The translations under genes were made by a program, and so were the position numbers. Below are positions 62,488-64,000 of a DNA stretch of 64,000 nucleotides, piece by piece. Within the stretch, counting starts at the first letter, position 1; every line of letters starts with the position of its first letter. Source of the DNA: an uncultured Rhodospirillales bacterium (GTDB taxonomy: Bacteria > Pseudomonadota > Alphaproteobacteria > Rhodospirillales > JAPHRK01); NCBI GenBank assembly GCA_965368335.1, contig CBDUMN010000002.1, forward strand, positions 26,135 to 90,134. Reading direction: 5' to 3'. The notes under the pieces were generated by a model. The model was not told the origin of the DNA. It made no database searches and saw only the letters and a list, made by a program, of their open reading frames with translations.

Positions 62488-63657
62488 ATGGCCGAACAAG
62501 GCAACGTCACAATCATCAAAAAGATCAAGAAGGGCGGCCATGCTCATCATGGTGGCGCCTGGAAGGTTGCCTACGCCGACTTTGTGACCGCCATGATGGC
62601 CTTCTTCCTGTTGTTGTGGTTGTTGAATTCCGTCACCCAGGAACAACTTGAAGGCATATCCAACTATTTTGCACCCGCCAGTATTTCTGCAACGACCAGC
62701 GGCGCGGGCGGCATTCTTGGAGGTCAGACCATGGATGCGGAAGGCGCCATGGTATCGGACCGCAGTCGCCCAACCGTCAGCCTGGAACTTCCTCCGCCTA
62801 AACTCGGCACCGGTGGCGAAGCGGCAGCCCAAACCGCAGAGCAAGCGGAAGACGTCACCGAAGAACAGGCTCAAAAAGTCCTGGAGGAGAAAGAAGCCGA
62901 GCAGTTCGAAGATGCCGCGGAACAGATTAAGCAGGCGATTGAGAGCGTTCCATCTTTAAAAGAAGTCGCCCGCAGCCTGATCCTCGACGATACGGCGGAG
63001 GGATTACGCATCCAAATCGTCGATCAGGACGGCCTCGCCATGTTCCCAAGCGGTTCGGCAGACATGTATGAACACACCTATCGTGTTTTGGGACTCGTCG
63101 CCAAGGTGGTGACCGACATGCCGCAAAAGATCGCTATCAGCGGCCATACCGATGCCTCGGCATTCGTCACGGCTTCAGGCTATAGCAACTGGGAACTCTC
63201 GGCCGACCGGGCAAATGCCAGCCGCCGGGCGCTTATCCATCTGGGCGTCCCCAAAGATCGTGTCGCCCGCGTTGTCGGCAAGGCTGCGACCGATCCTCTC
63301 TTGGAGGATGACCCTAAAAACGCAAAAAACCGGCGCATCTCTATCGTTCTTCTGCGTAAGGCCCGCAAAAAGGTAGAAAAAAGTAAACCAATCTCGTTGA
63401 TTGACGATCCCACGCTTCCCCAAGAAGGCGACGGCGCGCAAACCAATACGGAAGAAGCAGAAGAAAACCGAAACGCCCCCCCACCTGGAGAGCCTCGGGA
63501 CAATCGTCCGCAAGCCGTTTCTCCAATACCGGAAAACGCGGCGTCTCCCTCCGGGTTCATTCCCGAAACGCTACACATGAATCTGCTCCCGGCCCCAACT
63601 ATTGACGATGACGGACAGACAACTATTGAACTCACCCCCCGAAATACCCAAAATTAA
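62488..63657 (+). CDS. motB: Flagellar motor protein MotB (OmpA-like) with a long C-terminal tail
   Basis: AWKVAYADFVTAMMAFFLLLW is the plug/TM region and contains the conserved Asp. The OmpA-like domain includes ISGHTD...NWELSADRA...NRRISIVL. Confidence 0.85.
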   Translation: MAEQGNVTIIKKIKKGGHAHHGGAWKVAYADFVTAMMAFFLLLWLLNSVTQEQLEGISNYFAPASISATTSGAGGILGGQTMDAEGAMVSDRSRPTVSLELPPPKLGTGGEAAAQTAEQAEDVTEEQAQKVLEEKEAEQFEDAAEQIKQAIESVPSLKEVARSLILDDTAEGLRIQIVDQDGLAMFPSGSADMYEHTYRVLGLVAKVVTDMPQKIAISGHTDASAFVTASGYSNWELSADRANASRRALIHLGVPKDRVARVVGKAATDPLLEDDPKNAKNRRISIVLLRKARKKVEKSKPISLIDDPTLPQEGDGAQTNTEEAEENRNAPPPGEPRDNRPQAVSPIPENAASPSGFIPETLHMNLLPAPTIDDDGQTTIELTPRNTQN

Positions 63658-63709
63658 AAAGTGGGAATAAAAGAACTATTTGAATGAGCATGGACCCTAA
63701 AAGCTAAAG

Positions 63710-64000
63710 ATGAAGTTCGATCCGTTCCAAGTTCCGGCGCATTTCTACACCAGCACCCTACGCCCCTGCCCCTATTTACCGGGCCAAGTGGAACGCAAGC
63801 TCTTTACCGAATTAATGGGCCCCGAATGCGATCATCTCTACTCCGGTTTGAGCCGCGCCGGTTTTCGTCGCAGTCACGGCATTGCATATTTACCGGCCTG
63901 CCCTGAATGCGAAGCCTGCAAAGCGGCAAGAATCGATGTCGCAGCCTTTAAGCCAAGCAAGTCGCAACGACGTATTTTCAACACCAACAAACAGATTACA
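63710..64000 (+). CDS. bpt: Arginyl/leucyl-tRNA--protein transferase (Bpt/Ate family), N-terminal 97 codons; runs off the window end
   Basis: My own translation gives MKFDPFQVPAHFYTSTLRPCPYLPGQVERKLF...GFRRSHGIAYLPACPECEACKAARI...SKSQRR. This matches the ATE_N cysteine pattern. Confidence 0.8.
   Translation, partial: MKFDPFQVPAHFYTSTLRPCPYLPGQVERKLFTELMGPECDHLYSGLSRAGFRRSHGIAYLPACPECEACKAARIDVAAFKPSKSQRRIFNTNKQIT

Overview
The window looks like an alphaproteobacterial chromosome segment, judged by gene order rather than any database search. Most of it is conserved housekeeping DNA. The blocks are hfq (partial), a HAD hydrolase, a class IV aminotransferase, trkA, ntrXY, ntrCB, dusB, then ispDF and cutA. 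These are followed by MerR, ihfA, fabH, plsX, rpmF, yceD and bamE, then hppA. Next come thiL, nusB, the rib operon, nrdR, glyA and rpiB. The remainder holds a liv branched-chain amino-acid ABC operon, icmF, metY, hemB, cheW, a soluble chemoreceptor, ilvA, motAB and a partial bpt. The non-core part is a ~14 kb integrative island at 14372..28371, inserted into the 3' half of tRNA-Pro(GGG) and bounded by a perfect 51-bp direct repeat. It carries a P4-type tyrosine integrase, an AlpA-like excisionase/regulator and a primase-polymerase/SF3-helicase fusion. Just downstream of that fusion lies a 21-bp inverted repeat around an AT-rich spacer. The island also holds an intact IS3-family element with a 3-bp target duplication, and umuDC behind a GTTC-N7-GTTC SOS box. 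Two uncharacterised cargo modules are the best candidates for something new. One is a tightly coupled operon of a signal-peptide SNase nuclease plus two YbjQ/UPF0145 paralogues, carrying a zinc-ribbon and a PDZ N-terminus respectively. The other is an IS-split module built around an orphan ClpP-like protease. I saw no CRISPR array and no rRNA. All homology calls come from reading the translated ORFs by eye.
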